A DNA stretch of 64,000 nt from Azolla caroliniana. Lineage: Eukaryota > Plantae > Polypodiophyta. The notes beneath the pieces were generated by a model, which saw only the letters and a program-made list of their open reading frames with translations, had not been told where the DNA came from and did no database searches. Position 1 is the stretch's first letter, and every line of letters starts with the position of its first letter. Shown one piece after another: positions 38,516 to 50,479 of this stretch. Both the position numbers and the translations under genes were made by a program. Location: NCBI GenBank assembly GCA_043228905.1, contig JBHGNT010000006.1, positions 20,088,001-20,152,000 of the forward strand. Reading direction: 5' to 3'.

Positions 38516-39450
38516 TGTCAGGAACAATACTAAGACAGAGAAGTATTGTCAAGAACAGTACTAAGACAGAGAAGTATTGTCAGGAACAATACTAAGACAG
38601 AGAAGGAATTAGTACTAAAAGATGAGGATTAATACTAAGGGGGGTGTAGAACTCTTGAGAGAAGGAAAGAGTGAGTGAGTGAGTGAGAGAGAGAGAATGA
38701 TGATAACAAAAAATATATATTATGTTAAGAGAATATACAATATACAATAGTAGTTAGGAGGCTTAAGACTGGCGTTGAACTGATTTGGTTCGAAATAATG
38801 CCTTGTGCCTCCTTTTATAGTGTTCTGAGTACTCCTGAGGTTTCTAGAATGTTCTAGAGAAATCTGGAATATACTACCCCGTACGAGATGTACGGAGAGT
38901 CAAGTGTGATGAGCGAGGGTCGAATGTTATCATGATGTTGTGTATGTGTAGGGGGCATAAATGTAATTGTGAGTCTATACGTATGTGAACACATGCACAC
39001 GTGTGTGCATGTGGATGGATACGAGGAGGTGTGAGTGAGTGTCCAATATGAATGCTCGAGGGGGCTTACACCCCTATGTATCTACCCCCTCTTGTACTAT
39101 TTAACCCCTTATGGGGAATGAATGAAACATGAATAACCATTTCTCTCTCAATCTCTCTCTTGTCATCTCTCTCTCCCTCTCTCTCTTCCCTCCCCTTAAC
39201 GTTGAACCCCCTTGGGAGGGGGGTGGAGCCATTCTAGGCACCACCCCCCACCTCGCAATGCTTCTCAATGCTTGTCAACATCTTCATGATTTCTCTCACC
39301 ATCATACCATTCATCATCTTCACTATTGCACAATGTCTATCTTTGTCATCGATAATCATCATTACCATTAACCCTAACCCTAAAACTTACAACAAAAAGA
39401 TGAGGATCAGTACTAAGGGGGGTGTAGAACTCTTGAGAGAAGGAAAGAGT

Positions 39451-39492
<42 letters not shown>

Positions 39493-39795
39493 TGATAACA
39501 AAAAATATATATTATGTTAAGAGAATATACAATATACAATAGTAGTTAGGAGGCTTAAGACTGGCGTTGAACTGATTTGGTTCGAAATAATGCCTTGTGC
39601 CTCCTTTTATAGTGTTCTTAGGAGTACTCCTGAAGTTTCTAGAATGTTCTAGGGAAATCTAGAATATACATCAATTTTCTATAGTAAAACTTAAATGAAA
39701 ATAATATTTTTCGTATTACAACATATAGTCTAATGGTCAAGAGCTTGACCTATGTAACATAAGGTCATGGGTTCAAGTCTTGCCATATCATGACA
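38516..39795 (-). mobile_element. 5' LTR of chromovirus copy 2, with an internal duplication and a 520-bp insert
   Basis: Homologous to 3081-3545. Segment 38617-38874 is repeated at 39395-39669 around unrelated DNA 38875-39394. A 31-bp U5 unit ending in TGACA occurs three times. Confidence 0.88.
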
Positions 39796-39970
39796 CCAAC
39801 ATTGAAATCCGAAAATTTAACAACAAGAACTTTGCTCTATGGAAGGAGATGATGCAGGATGTATTAATCATCCGGCGTCGAAGCAATACAGCACAACAAG
39901 TTGGTTTCAATGACAATAGACGAAATTGCTTGATCGACCATTTAGATTCATTTGGCCAAAAATGCCTACT
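39796..39970 (+). pseudogene. Copia gag N-terminal fragment
   Basis: IEIRKFNNKNFALWKEMMQDVLI resembles the Tnt1-type gag start (KF.G.NF..W). Confidence 0.6.
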
Positions 39971-40562
39971 TCAACATGAACACTGGGTCATTTGAAATAG
40001 GTAATATGTCGTATTTTAAGAACCGTCTGTCAAAAAAAGGCACAAAATAGGTGGTTTCACAAAAAGGGGTCTCACATACGTAAAGGTTTTTAAAAAATGA
40101 CCCAAAATATATTGAGTTTTAGCGTGTCCAAAAGTTTAGGGTGTTCCAAAAATGCCTAAATAATAGACAAGCCAAACTTACAAAAGAATGTAAAAAATTC
40201 ACAAAAGGACTACTATACATATTCGTAAATCAATATTTTGATGTAAAATACAATATTTACAGTTCATGCATTAGAACAATCACTCCCCAAAGATATGCCA
40301 TCATTTTCAGACCCATCTGATGAACTATAAGAGCTTTGTGAGGTCTCATCCTCATCATCACTAGCATCCAACACATTGTCTTCATCCAATTGCATCCAAC
40401 ATCATCGTGATTATGAGACATGCTCCTTGTTCGTCTTTGTGTCATGTCAAGAACCACATTTGGGATCTTCTCTTTTATTATCTTGATTTTGGTTTATCTT
40501 AGATGGACTATTTTGGTCAAGGAGAAATCATACACTAGGATGTCTACATTAATAATCAAGTG

Positions 40563-41516
40563 TGAGAGTAGACGTTGAATAGGACCATCGGGGTCTTTGA
40601 CCAAGGAGGATGAATCGGGTGACTTGTGCTTGTAAGGAATCGACTGACGTTTAGGTTTACAATCGGGTTGTTCTTGTTGTCGAAGACGCTTGTGTGGGTT
40701 GACTAAGAGAGATTACGAAAATATTTACTGCACCACAAAGATGTCGTGAAGCACGTGACACATGTGCCAAACGTCGCGATGTACGCAGACAAGCACCGGC
40801 CTCTATCTGCAAGTGGTGATGGAGGATCGAAAGGATCTTTTAAGACAATGAAGCGGAACCGTCAGTGTTTTGAACCGAAAGGACTAGTGCAAGCGAGAAA
40901 GTATTAAAGATAGATGGTAGATAGATAGATACGGGAATTCCAATTCCCGGTTTGAACCTTTGACTTCAAAATTGTGAAAGACAAGACACATTGCCAATGA
41001 GACAACTATTATTATACTATTGATTTCAATCAATACATTGCTTCCTTTCCTTTCCTTCTTATATAGATGCCCCCATGCATATGATGCATGTAAGGGTGTA
41101 AGACATGCATATGATGCATGTGATGCATGATCGTCATTTGGCGCTCATGCATCACATGTGATGCATGATGATCGTGTCCCTCATTCAAGCTTTCATGTAC
41201 GAGCAGTTACATGTAAAAAGTATAATGAAGAAAATAAACTTTAAAGAAAACAACCTAGCCTTAATGGTATATCAATTGCCTCTTATCTTGGAGGTGTACG
41301 GGTCAAAACCTTGCTTGCACCTCATTGTATGCCACTAGGCCTTGGGCTTATTTTTATATTTTGTGTAATGAAGACCTAAACACACATCACACGTGCACAT
41401 TAACGTGCTAACATACATGTGTAACCATCACTCCTTTCATACATGTGCACATTGCACCTTCTCGATTTTCCTCGTTCCACGCGATTTTCACATTGTTCCC
41501 GAAAATCTTCACGACA
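40563..41516 (-). mobile_element. Solo LTR (gypsy-like) inside the transposase
   Basis: TG...CA ends, near-TSD AAGTG/ATGTG, minus-strand TATATAA at ~41060. The transposase reading resumes on both sides. Confidence 0.75.
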
Positions 41517-42333
41517 ATGTGCTTAGTAGATTCTTTCTTCTTCGCTTTGTGCTTGTGCCTTTGACATCCTTAACCATCTCTAAAGAGTACTTTTCAGTAA
41601 ATGCATCTAGGGAAGAGGTATGATACCAATGAACCACAATGGACTGAACTTGATTGCCTTGTTCATCCTTCATTATTTCAAGAATTTTAGCAATCCAAAA
41701 GGGATGGCCCAACTCATCACCCCCAGCTAATGTTGCAACCAACATACCAACTTGTAGCTCATGCAAATTGCCTTGCCATCTTGCCTCTACAATACGCAAT
41801 ATTCTTGGTCCCATGTAAATATCCCTTTGTTGTGGGCAAACTAGATTATTGAGTTCGTATTATCTAGTGATTGATAATGAGTCGTGGACACCATTGATGG
41901 TACACCAATATTCCATGTGAATGGATTTTGGAGTGGTCAGTATCCAACAAAATGGTTATCTAAAATCGTATCCTGATGGTTGAAGAAGTTACCCCACCAA
42001 TCAACATTCTGATCACCAACATACTTCTTGGTGCGCTCAATATTTTTTTGTTTCTATTCAAGGCAACGCATCCATATATCTTTTGCTCATCAAATTGAAT
42101 TACTGATAACCAATTTTGTATAGTCGTCATACAACATTTGTTTTGCACCATGGATTTCTACATCGGGAAAATGCAATAAGAGCCTACAATCATCTTGTGG
42201 CTCCTATTGTGAACTAGATGAGTATTGTTTGGCATACAACAATGTTCGGTTGTGGCTCATAGAAATTCTTTTTATGAGGAAGACGTGGTTAAAACTTATA
42301 TTATTAATTGGTGCAAGAACCCTACTTTGTGTC

Positions 42334-42725
42334 TGTAGAAAGTAGCGTGCGGAAGCAGGTATGAAGACCGAACAGAAGGAGGAAAACTCAGGTTTAATGG
42401 AGAGCTTGAGCTTACGCAGTATACGCGGGAGAGACAGAGAGAGTGAGAGAGAACACAAGAACTATATTCAACAATACTACTCAGTCTGTACATAAGACGT
42501 GCTCAGTGAACACTTTTATACAAGTCCTAGAAGGAATGACTGAAGTACTGACAGTACTTCAATGCTCATCAAGAGCTCCTACACTAACTCCCAAATATAT
42601 TCCTCACGGAATATCTTTCTTAACGACCTCCCGGTTTACGCACTTGGCCTAACCGATCGGTCCCAACCGATCCGGTCCTCGGCTTCTTCAGCCGATCCGG
42701 CCGATGTTGAGCTTGTCTCTCAACA
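42334..42725 (-). mobile_element. Solo copia LTR, related to the 5816-6212 family
   Basis: Minus strand starts TGTTGAGAGACAAGCTCAAC..GGCCGGATCGGCTGAA and ends CTACA. Perfect TSD GTGTC at 42329-42333 and 42726-42730. Confidence 0.92.
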
Positions 42726-44599
42726 GTGTCCCATCACCATCCATGCAGAACCGTTTAAAATCATAAACTTCATTCAAATGTTGTACTTCTGGATTTGGGG
42801 TATAAGCTTCAATGATAAACTTTGATAGAGTAGGAAGCGTGAAAGCATCACATCTCACTAATTTCTTTGAGAACCTACTAAACATTTTATCGATATGATC
42901 ATGGGTATGACCAACTAGTAAGAAGTTGACCTTAATCTTTTTAAATATACCCCTCTCTACTAGCATTGCTTAAACAACCGAACACATTCGAGTTTTGTTT
43001 TCTTTGTCTATGTTGTAGAGTTGCACGTATAGAACTGGCGGGAGAATACCTTGCCAAGATTGTAACACTCTTGGCATGACTGTGACTGTAAGATTAGGAT
43101 CATTGTGGATATTAGGATAAGTTAAAAAGACTTGAGGCATTATTGTTTGATAATATGAAAAACAACCTACTAAATGCATTTGTACAAGGCATTCATCTCC
43201 AATATCCTTCGGAAACCTTCGAAAGTGCGGCAAACAAGTCTTCTTCTTATCCATGGCATCTATAATCAAGCACACATGTACCTTTCCGGTGATTGAAAGG
43301 CTTTTTGTTGGTGGTGCATAACTTTAGATCATTCCGATGCTTGACTTTCATGATGTTCTTTTAGTAGATTCTTATAATTGTTTATTTCTTCATCAGTTCT
43401 CCCACTCTTTCCCATGCTTTTTAAACTTGCACATACAGAACAAACACCCATTCGAACCTTACGTGGTATAACCACATTGTTAAACTACAACCTCCATAAT
43501 CGATTGAAATGTCGATATTGTAAGGTACACATTCTAACAACATGTCATCCTTATACGCTCGGTATACCTCACGATGAGGGAAGTTGTCTGACAAATGTAA
43601 TCTTCCAGCAGTATGCATAATATCACATTGCTTTGCTACATATATCTCCATCCACCTAACAACATGGCGCCCAATCAGACCCTTACATCTAGATGCATTC
43701 TTGCCGAAAGGTACCCACGATCCCTTTACTAGTCATAGTTGAATTCTCTGGAGCCTCATGTTACCAATGCTATAAGCAATTTTGAAAGCAACTCGACAGG
43801 ACTTGGTACTCAGTGCAAGATAACATTCAACATGCATTGAACTAACCCCTGTTGTGTGGTCCTTTACAAATTGCATATATGAAATTCGAAAATTATCTTG
43901 TTCATCACCATTAAGTGATAAATACTTTTATCGCAATCCCCTTAAGTTTTTCTTTACAAATTTAGAAAGGCAAAGATTCCCACAACATAACTTGTTTGTA
44001 TCAAATGCAATTTGACGATTTGAACTCAAAAAGTTAAATCTTTTGACACTAACTTGCTGAGGAATTCTTCTAAAGTGAGAGGTTGATTTATGCAAGCCTC
44101 GTCACTAGACGTGAAACCCTTTCACTGTTTGTACACCTTTTTTCATTTGGATACTAGTTGAGTTCAAATGCTTGATCGAAAAAAGTGAGTTTGATCTATG
44201 CATAACATCACAGTTCTACCTTTGACATTGGCCGTTTTGAACATCTATGTGGTTGTACTCATTGATTGAGAATAACAAGTTGTTAGATAATGTAAAAGGG
44301 TCCACAAAAAATAGTGATATTCTACTCGAAGTTGAGGACATCTTGATTGGGTAGAAAAGCAGTATAGTTTCTTGAAAATAAACCACATATTTGGAAATAA
44401 GAATAGAAACATGCATAATATACAATTTTTAAATTTTTAAATTTTTTTAAATTTAAAAAAAAAATTACTATATAAAGGAAAGACTTCTTTCTCCTCATTG
44501 TTATTATCACGTTTAAGAAGTCTAAGAGCTCCAAAGCACATACTTTCAAACATATATTCGCAAAGTCCGAAGGTAAAGGAAAATTGGAATTAGGCTAGA

Positions 44600-47486
44600 C
44601 CTTTACATATGGCAAACTCTGAAATGTTGAATATGAAGATAGTGATTAGCGAAATCTCCTCATTGATGTGGAAAGCTCGGGGGATACTATCTTATGTGTT
44701 CGAGTTGATGAAGGCAATTTGGTGGCTGAGTGTTGCAACCCCAAAATTTTACGAAAAGATATACAAACGAAAAACAATCTAATTGTTGCTCTTCTTCATT
44801 ATGTTACTGAGGAATTGATTCTTACAGAAGCTGAGACGCCTCCAAAGAAGTCTCGGAAGTCAAAACTGGAACATACAAAGTACCATAAAGTATCAAAACT
44901 TGATGACGACAAACTAGATGTCTTGGAGTTCGTGGAGGAGGAGGAAGAGGAGCAACAATTCGAAGTTTTTCCTCTAGGAGGACAAATGTCATCAGGGATA
45001 TTAACTTCATAGTAGAATCGAATCAGAGAGAACATTGCAAAGACGAAACTCATATGTAAATGCCAACTTTTTCATTTGCCAATCTGTTTGATTCAAAGGC
45101 CACCAATCGATCCTGTGACCGAAAGACGTCCACTTGAAATTTGGGAGCCCCATGTCGTGCACGTCCAAAACCTAAAGAGTAAAATGAAGATCAATTTGCA
45201 TGCGACCATGGTGCCATTCCTAGTAATGGTTCAATGCCCCACAACTGCGGATTTCAAGTATAGTTTTGATGAATCTGACTATACCTACAATGTTATTGGA
45301 GGATCTCATTCGGTTGAAGCCCGACTTCAACTCCTAAAAGAATATCCTCTAACCTCGTTCTTCAAGTACACAGGATGTAAAGTGTACGCAGGTCTAACTC
45401 ATGAAGAGGCCAAGTTGTTAGCTTGGGACCATAATAACAATAATGATTATAGACAAAAAAGGTTTTGTATTGAACACATAAGATTTTTGACCATGAGTAT
45501 CTTGATGCATTGCAAAGATATAGTCCCATACTACATCCTGGATTGTGTCGCCAATGTTTACTGGAGGTGGGGATAACATTTGATGAAAGCACGAAATAAG
45601 AAGGATTGAGTAAATATGACTCGTGGTTTCAACTAGCATTTAGAACAGGGGAGGTATGGGATTTACAAGATAAAATATTCAACACGTGGGAGCATAAAGA
45701 AGTGAAAGGTCAACGGGCAAAGAAGGAAAAGTTGGATCCACAAGTGGGGATGAAGTCAAAGTCATGTAAAAGTGATTTGATCATCGAAAACCTCCCAGAA
45801 GATATGAAGTTGCTCCCTTGGCAGTTGTTGTAGGGCATTAAAGATGACATATTGTTAATATATGTACTTTCGCGTATGGTTGCCAAGGAGTTTAGCTTAG
45901 ACAATATGGTTAATGGACTCCAAAAGTAAGTATTATTGATATTAGGTTCTTCTTTGATTGGTTTTTTGTTTTTTTGATGATCGAATATTGGGTTTTAGCC
46001 ATAAAGTATACATGAAGATCCAAGAGTTGATGAAGAAACTATCCCTGTCAACATGGGAGGAAGTAGAACAGGCATGCCTAGTGACATCATCATATAAGGC
46101 TTTGGAAAAATTCTTCATTGTATTTAGAGAATGGGTATGTGTCTTTATACTTTTAATTGAATTGTTTATCATGGTTTTAGCTAACCAATGGGATAATTGC
46201 AAAAACCGCTTTGTTCCAAAAAAGTAGGAGACACAAATGAAGGTATTCCAAGCTCGTTTATTACGCACATGGAATGGGCAAAGTACGAAAAGAGAATGAC
46301 AAAAAAGGAAAGGAGTTGGAAGTGCCTGAAGATTTTGAGACTGTTAAATGTTTTTTGCATAGAGCTGACCCTTTCCGACAACTGTATTATAGTGTATTTA
46401 ATGGGGAAGTGGGAAATATGCTTAACATATTACCAAAGAGGCACTATACATTGCTTATCATTGACATTCCATATGGATTCCGGATCACGGGATCCATGTA
46501 CGATGATGTGTCATACAAATATCCCCATATAGAGAAAATGGTGAAAGATTTCACAGAGTTGACCCTTGCACTGTTATGGAGGATCGTAATATTTCATAGC
46601 ATGGGTCAATAATTATCATTCACAATTGTGTTGAAGTCGTGATGTCATGTGACAGAACATATGCATTGGTAAGAGACAAGTTGTTTTGATTCACTATTAT
46701 AAATGTTGTTTTAATATGTTGCAAGATGTATTTTGAACACGATTGTATGATGTTAATTAGATTAAAACTAATATCACACATAACTCGGGAGATCAGATGG
46801 TTAGTGCGGTAGAAATTTTTGTGTGGGATATTATGATGCAATTACGAAGAAGAAGGCTCGGGCACATGTGAATGAAAGAAATGTTGTCAACTATATAATG
46901 TGCCAACAGTGACAAAGAAGCTAAGCCATGTATTTGGCAATAAGAGTTTGGTGAACCCCTATTTAACCCCAAAGATTATTTAATTGTCTAATCGAGCTAT
47001 TTTCAAACCTAGATGATTGGGTTTTAGATTTGTTCTCCGGCACATGTATATAATATAAGACTTATCACATTAATTTAGATTAACGTATAGTATATTATTC
47101 AGTTTTTTTTAACATGTGCAATTCCATTCTACTATCAAGTACTACTACAACATGTGCATTAAAGATGTTTAGGAACTATGCTATATTGGAGGACCTTGAG
47201 CAGGTGAACTTCATCAAAATGAGGATCCAAGGTATTTGGGATTGTCCCGATCAAGATCAAGAAGTTGGGGCAAAGCATATCAATGAAACAGAGATGTTCC
47301 AGACGATTTCTAGAGAACCAATGGAACCTATAGATGAAGAAGCAGGGAACCTTCTAGACTTAGAAGACGTATCAAAGTCCGAACATACACATGATTCTGT
47401 TGAGTGTACCTAGGATGCCAATGAGGACAATTTGGAACAAATAGCTAATCTTGAAGAGCCCCCCTTACCGGACTTACTATTTGATT
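44600..47486 (+). pseudogene. Intron-containing ParB-like domain + beta-class amino (N6-adenine/N4-cytosine) DNA methyltransferase gene, decayed
   Basis: ParB-like YNVIGGSHSVEAR...VYAGLTHEEAKLLAWDHN (45076-45450). Catalytic motif IV LLIIDIPYG (46463-46474), VNPY..P, then motif I LIELFSNLDDWVLDLFSGT (46988-47044) and TTCALKMFRNYAILE after a probable intron. Confidence 0.8.
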
Positions 47487-48229
47487 GAATGCATGTGGCT
47501 AAATGTAAATTTTGAACAATATTAATTGTTAAAGTTTGACGTAATATATAAATTGAGTTTATTTCTAATTTGCATTGTAAGACTTGTTGAACTTAGAGTT
47601 TAAGTATAAACACGTTCGTGTTCACAAGTGGAAGGATCGTGCACTCCACTTATAGATTCCTTTTATAATCTTGCGATTTTAGGTAGTTTTCAGAAACTTG
47701 ATACACTAGTATCACATGTTTTAAATAACATATAAAATTTGCTAATTTTTTGAGATTTAACAAATGTCAAAATGATCATTTCTTAAATTGAATAGTTTTT
47801 CAATAAATGTTTAAACATTGACAGTCTGAAGATATGAAATGTAGTTAACTTAAAGAAAATCACAATGATTAACTCAAGGCACAAGTTAAGATTAATGGTT
47901 TCACCATCTTGAGGAGATGTAGGTTCCAGAAGTGGAAGTGACATCTATTGTTAGACTTGAAAATGTTTTAAGTATAAGAGGTAACACTATAATCCTTAGT
48001 GTCGTCATCTATAAATTTAGTGCTCATCAACATCCATAATTTCACAACTCAAGAAATGTAGACAATATTCATAAATAGTTTTGATAAATTCACAACTCCA
48101 AAAATGTAGACAATATTCATAAACCATCAAAACTGTCAAACTTAGATGTGAACATTAATATATAAATTTGAACATACACATAGTTATAAGGGTATCCACA
48201 CTGATCTCCTCTTCTTCCTTTTGAGAACT

Positions 48230-49040
48230 TCCCTACAAAATTTGTGCAGTAGTATCTACTCCATATAGGCTAGCAATGATAGGGTCCTCAAATAGCGAGT
48301 CGACAAAATCAATAACCTCCCTTGGTTCACTAGTTAATGGAGGAATAGGTTCATGGGATGTAGATTGAAAATGTTAAGGCTTTAATCGTCATGTTAATAA
48401 AACTCACTTGCTCATCATCCTTTTTAAGTGCAATAGTATTTCTGAATAGCTTCAATGTAGATGCAAATATAGTACACATTAACAATTTAAAATGAAGATT
48501 GCTTTAGCTAAACATAAACTATACTAATTTCTAAAAGCATAGCAAACAAAGTTATAATAATTTACCCGAGCTGGAGAACAAATCTAGTATCCAATCTCCT
48601 TTATTCGAGAACATTTCAAATCATTGACATTTATATCAATATTAAGTAGAATGTATTGATGGGAAAATCAAAATTCTCCATGTAAGACAAATATTTCTTA
48701 CTAAACAAGGTTTTCTATCCCATGGCAATGAGATCTCAAGGCTCATGCTATAGAGTATCCTTGGTCCATGCTATGGAATACGACAATTCTCCATAAGGAT
48801 ATTGTTTGTGCGAAATCTTTCACCATCTTCTCAAGTTTGAACATAAATGGTTCATCATCGTATGTTGATCCAACCATACAAAATCCGTATGGTATGTCAA
48901 AAATTAATAATATATATTCCTTTGTTGGCAATATGTGTATCACCTTAGCCACATGACGACAATAGACATTATAGTATAAATCCCAGGTTTCCTTTTTGTG
49001 GCTAAATTTCTTAAAAGTGCCACCATCTTCTACACCATAC
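48230..49040 (-). pseudogene. Second, paralogous methyltransferase remnant, tail-to-tail with the first
   Basis: LLIFDIPYGF..GSTYDD...EKMVKDF...LWRIVVFHSM; FEMFSNKGDWILDLFSSSG followed by a GT donor (48565-48620); STLKLFRNTIALK. Confidence 0.8.
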
Positions 49041-49044
49041 ATCA

Positions 49045-49252
49045 TCATCTGTCTCTTGCAATTCGGCTTTATCTCTCCCCCTCAAGTTTGGCATATCGAG
49101 GTGCTTGAGACCAAGCATGCCCAAAAATTGCCGCAACTTGTCCAGGTCGAGAGGTTTGGTGAAGATGTCGGAAGTTTGCCGATCCATCGGAACATACACT
49201 AGCTCGACTTCACCGAAGAGGACTCGTTCTCGGACAAAATGGTAATGCACCG
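49045..49252 (-). pseudogene. Copia RNase H C-terminal fragment
   Basis: VHYHFVRERV...QTSDIFTKPL...NLRGR with TTGAGGGGGAG. Confidence 0.9.
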
Positions 49253-50292
49253 TCCTCAACCAGGCCCGATTCGTCCCCTTGCTACTCCACGTTGCTTCTC
49301 TTTTGACGACGTAGGAAATCGTCGGCGGGTTCTTCCTCTACTTCCTCCTCTTGGGTTCCGATGTTAATTCTTTAAGCCAAGGTGGGCGGCTCTCGCTCTT
49401 GCCGGCGCAGTTTGACTTTAAGAGGCTTTACCGGTGGTTCAACCGGTGCCTCGGTCTCTGCCTGCTGCTTCCGGTTGGGTTGTTCCTTTTCTTTCTGTGA
49501 TGAACCTCCCTTAGTCCAACCGGGAGTGTGCTTGGCAAGGAGTTGTTGCCGCTTCGAGGGCTTGTTTGGCGTCGTATCGGTCGTTCGGCCCCGCTTCTTT
49601 GCCTTTAACGTCGGCACCGTCGGTACCAGGAGAGTGAGCCATTGAGCCACTACTGTCCACACCTTCTTGCCGTCTACCACCGATTGTATGGCCGCTCGTA
49701 AACCATCAGTGATGATTACTGACCAATCCACCTTTACCCCTTCGTATGTAGCGATGATGAATCTGGCTTTGTTCTTTGGCATTGCCGGGGGTCGGGGGTG
49801 CATGAACTCATACTCGTGGAGCACACGAGCTACTTCTCAGAACAAGGCGTCGTCGCTGCCTTGTGTCCGGTACGCTTTGTTGGCCAAGGAGTACTCTCCA
49901 AAGAACTTCGTCAACGTCTCTGGGGAAGGATTCTCAATGAAGTAGATCCCTCCCTCCGGCAATCTGATTAAGGCGTGGATGACCTCCTCCATGATTACTT
50001 CTAGGTCGATCTTCTTCGTGACCTTTTCCGCTTCTTCGTGCGGAGGTGCCTCTGCTATCTGTAGGAAGCCCTCCAAGCCATGTTGAGTGAACCATTTCTT
50101 GGCAGTCTCGGAAAGCGCCATGGGCTCCAACATGTGCTCTGTTGCGGTGGTGGTGGGGAGCTTTGGTGTGCCTGTGGTAGCTTCTTGCATTCGCCTAATC
50201 ACCTGTATCCACCTCTATGTGCTAAGTGCTCTATGTTTGCAAAATGAGAGAGACTATGTTATGCAGAGCTTTTGTGCTCCCATCTTTGCCAT
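49253..50292 (-). pseudogene. Homolog of the orphan retroelement-associated ORF at 14747-15628
   Basis: TLTKFFGEYSLANKAYRT...MPKNKARFIIATYEGVKVDWSVII..GLRAA aligns with TLKEYFGMYSMLGKAYRT...MPQNKVAIIIRAYEGDKIDWGII..GVRAA. Confidence 0.7.
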
Positions 50293-50479
50293 CTTTTCTT
50301 GATTCCCGCGCATGCACGTCGTGTGCTTTAATAGTGGTCGTGTGACGTGTGGTGTGCTTTAAATGGCTGACGTCACACCGTTTCGAGGTGTCCGTTCATT
50401 TTTGAATGGCCTTCATTTTTCTCTTCTTTACTTTTTTATTTTTATTTTTATTTTTTAAACGCATGGTATTCTAAACCCT

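Larger units (their letters stand above)
40260..44100 (-). pseudogene. Sola-like DDD DNA transposase, decayed and interrupted by two solo LTRs
   Basis: N-terminal Cys motifs (CGNLC; CRVAFKIAYSIG; CSVC), core CLIIDAMD, LYVQLYN..KENK, FLLVGHTHDHIDKMFSRF, a C-terminal beta-barrel-like domain (VGMLVA...PFWIAKI...VHWY) and an acidic tail. Confidence 0.8.

Noticed and set aside
38903-38928. Possible hammerhead core GTGATGAG...CGAAT in the 520-bp insert
   Set aside because: Core deviates (GUGAUGA, GAAU) and stems I and III could not be formed.
39726-39784. Functional tRNA gene
   Set aside because: Only A/B boxes and a T-arm-like part are recognisable; no convincing acceptor or anticodon stems. Reported as a tRNA-like cassette instead.
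39985-40260. Candidate left terminal inverted repeat of the Sola-like element
   Set aside because: No matching inverted copy found by eye to the right of the methyltransferase gene, so element boundaries are not claimed.
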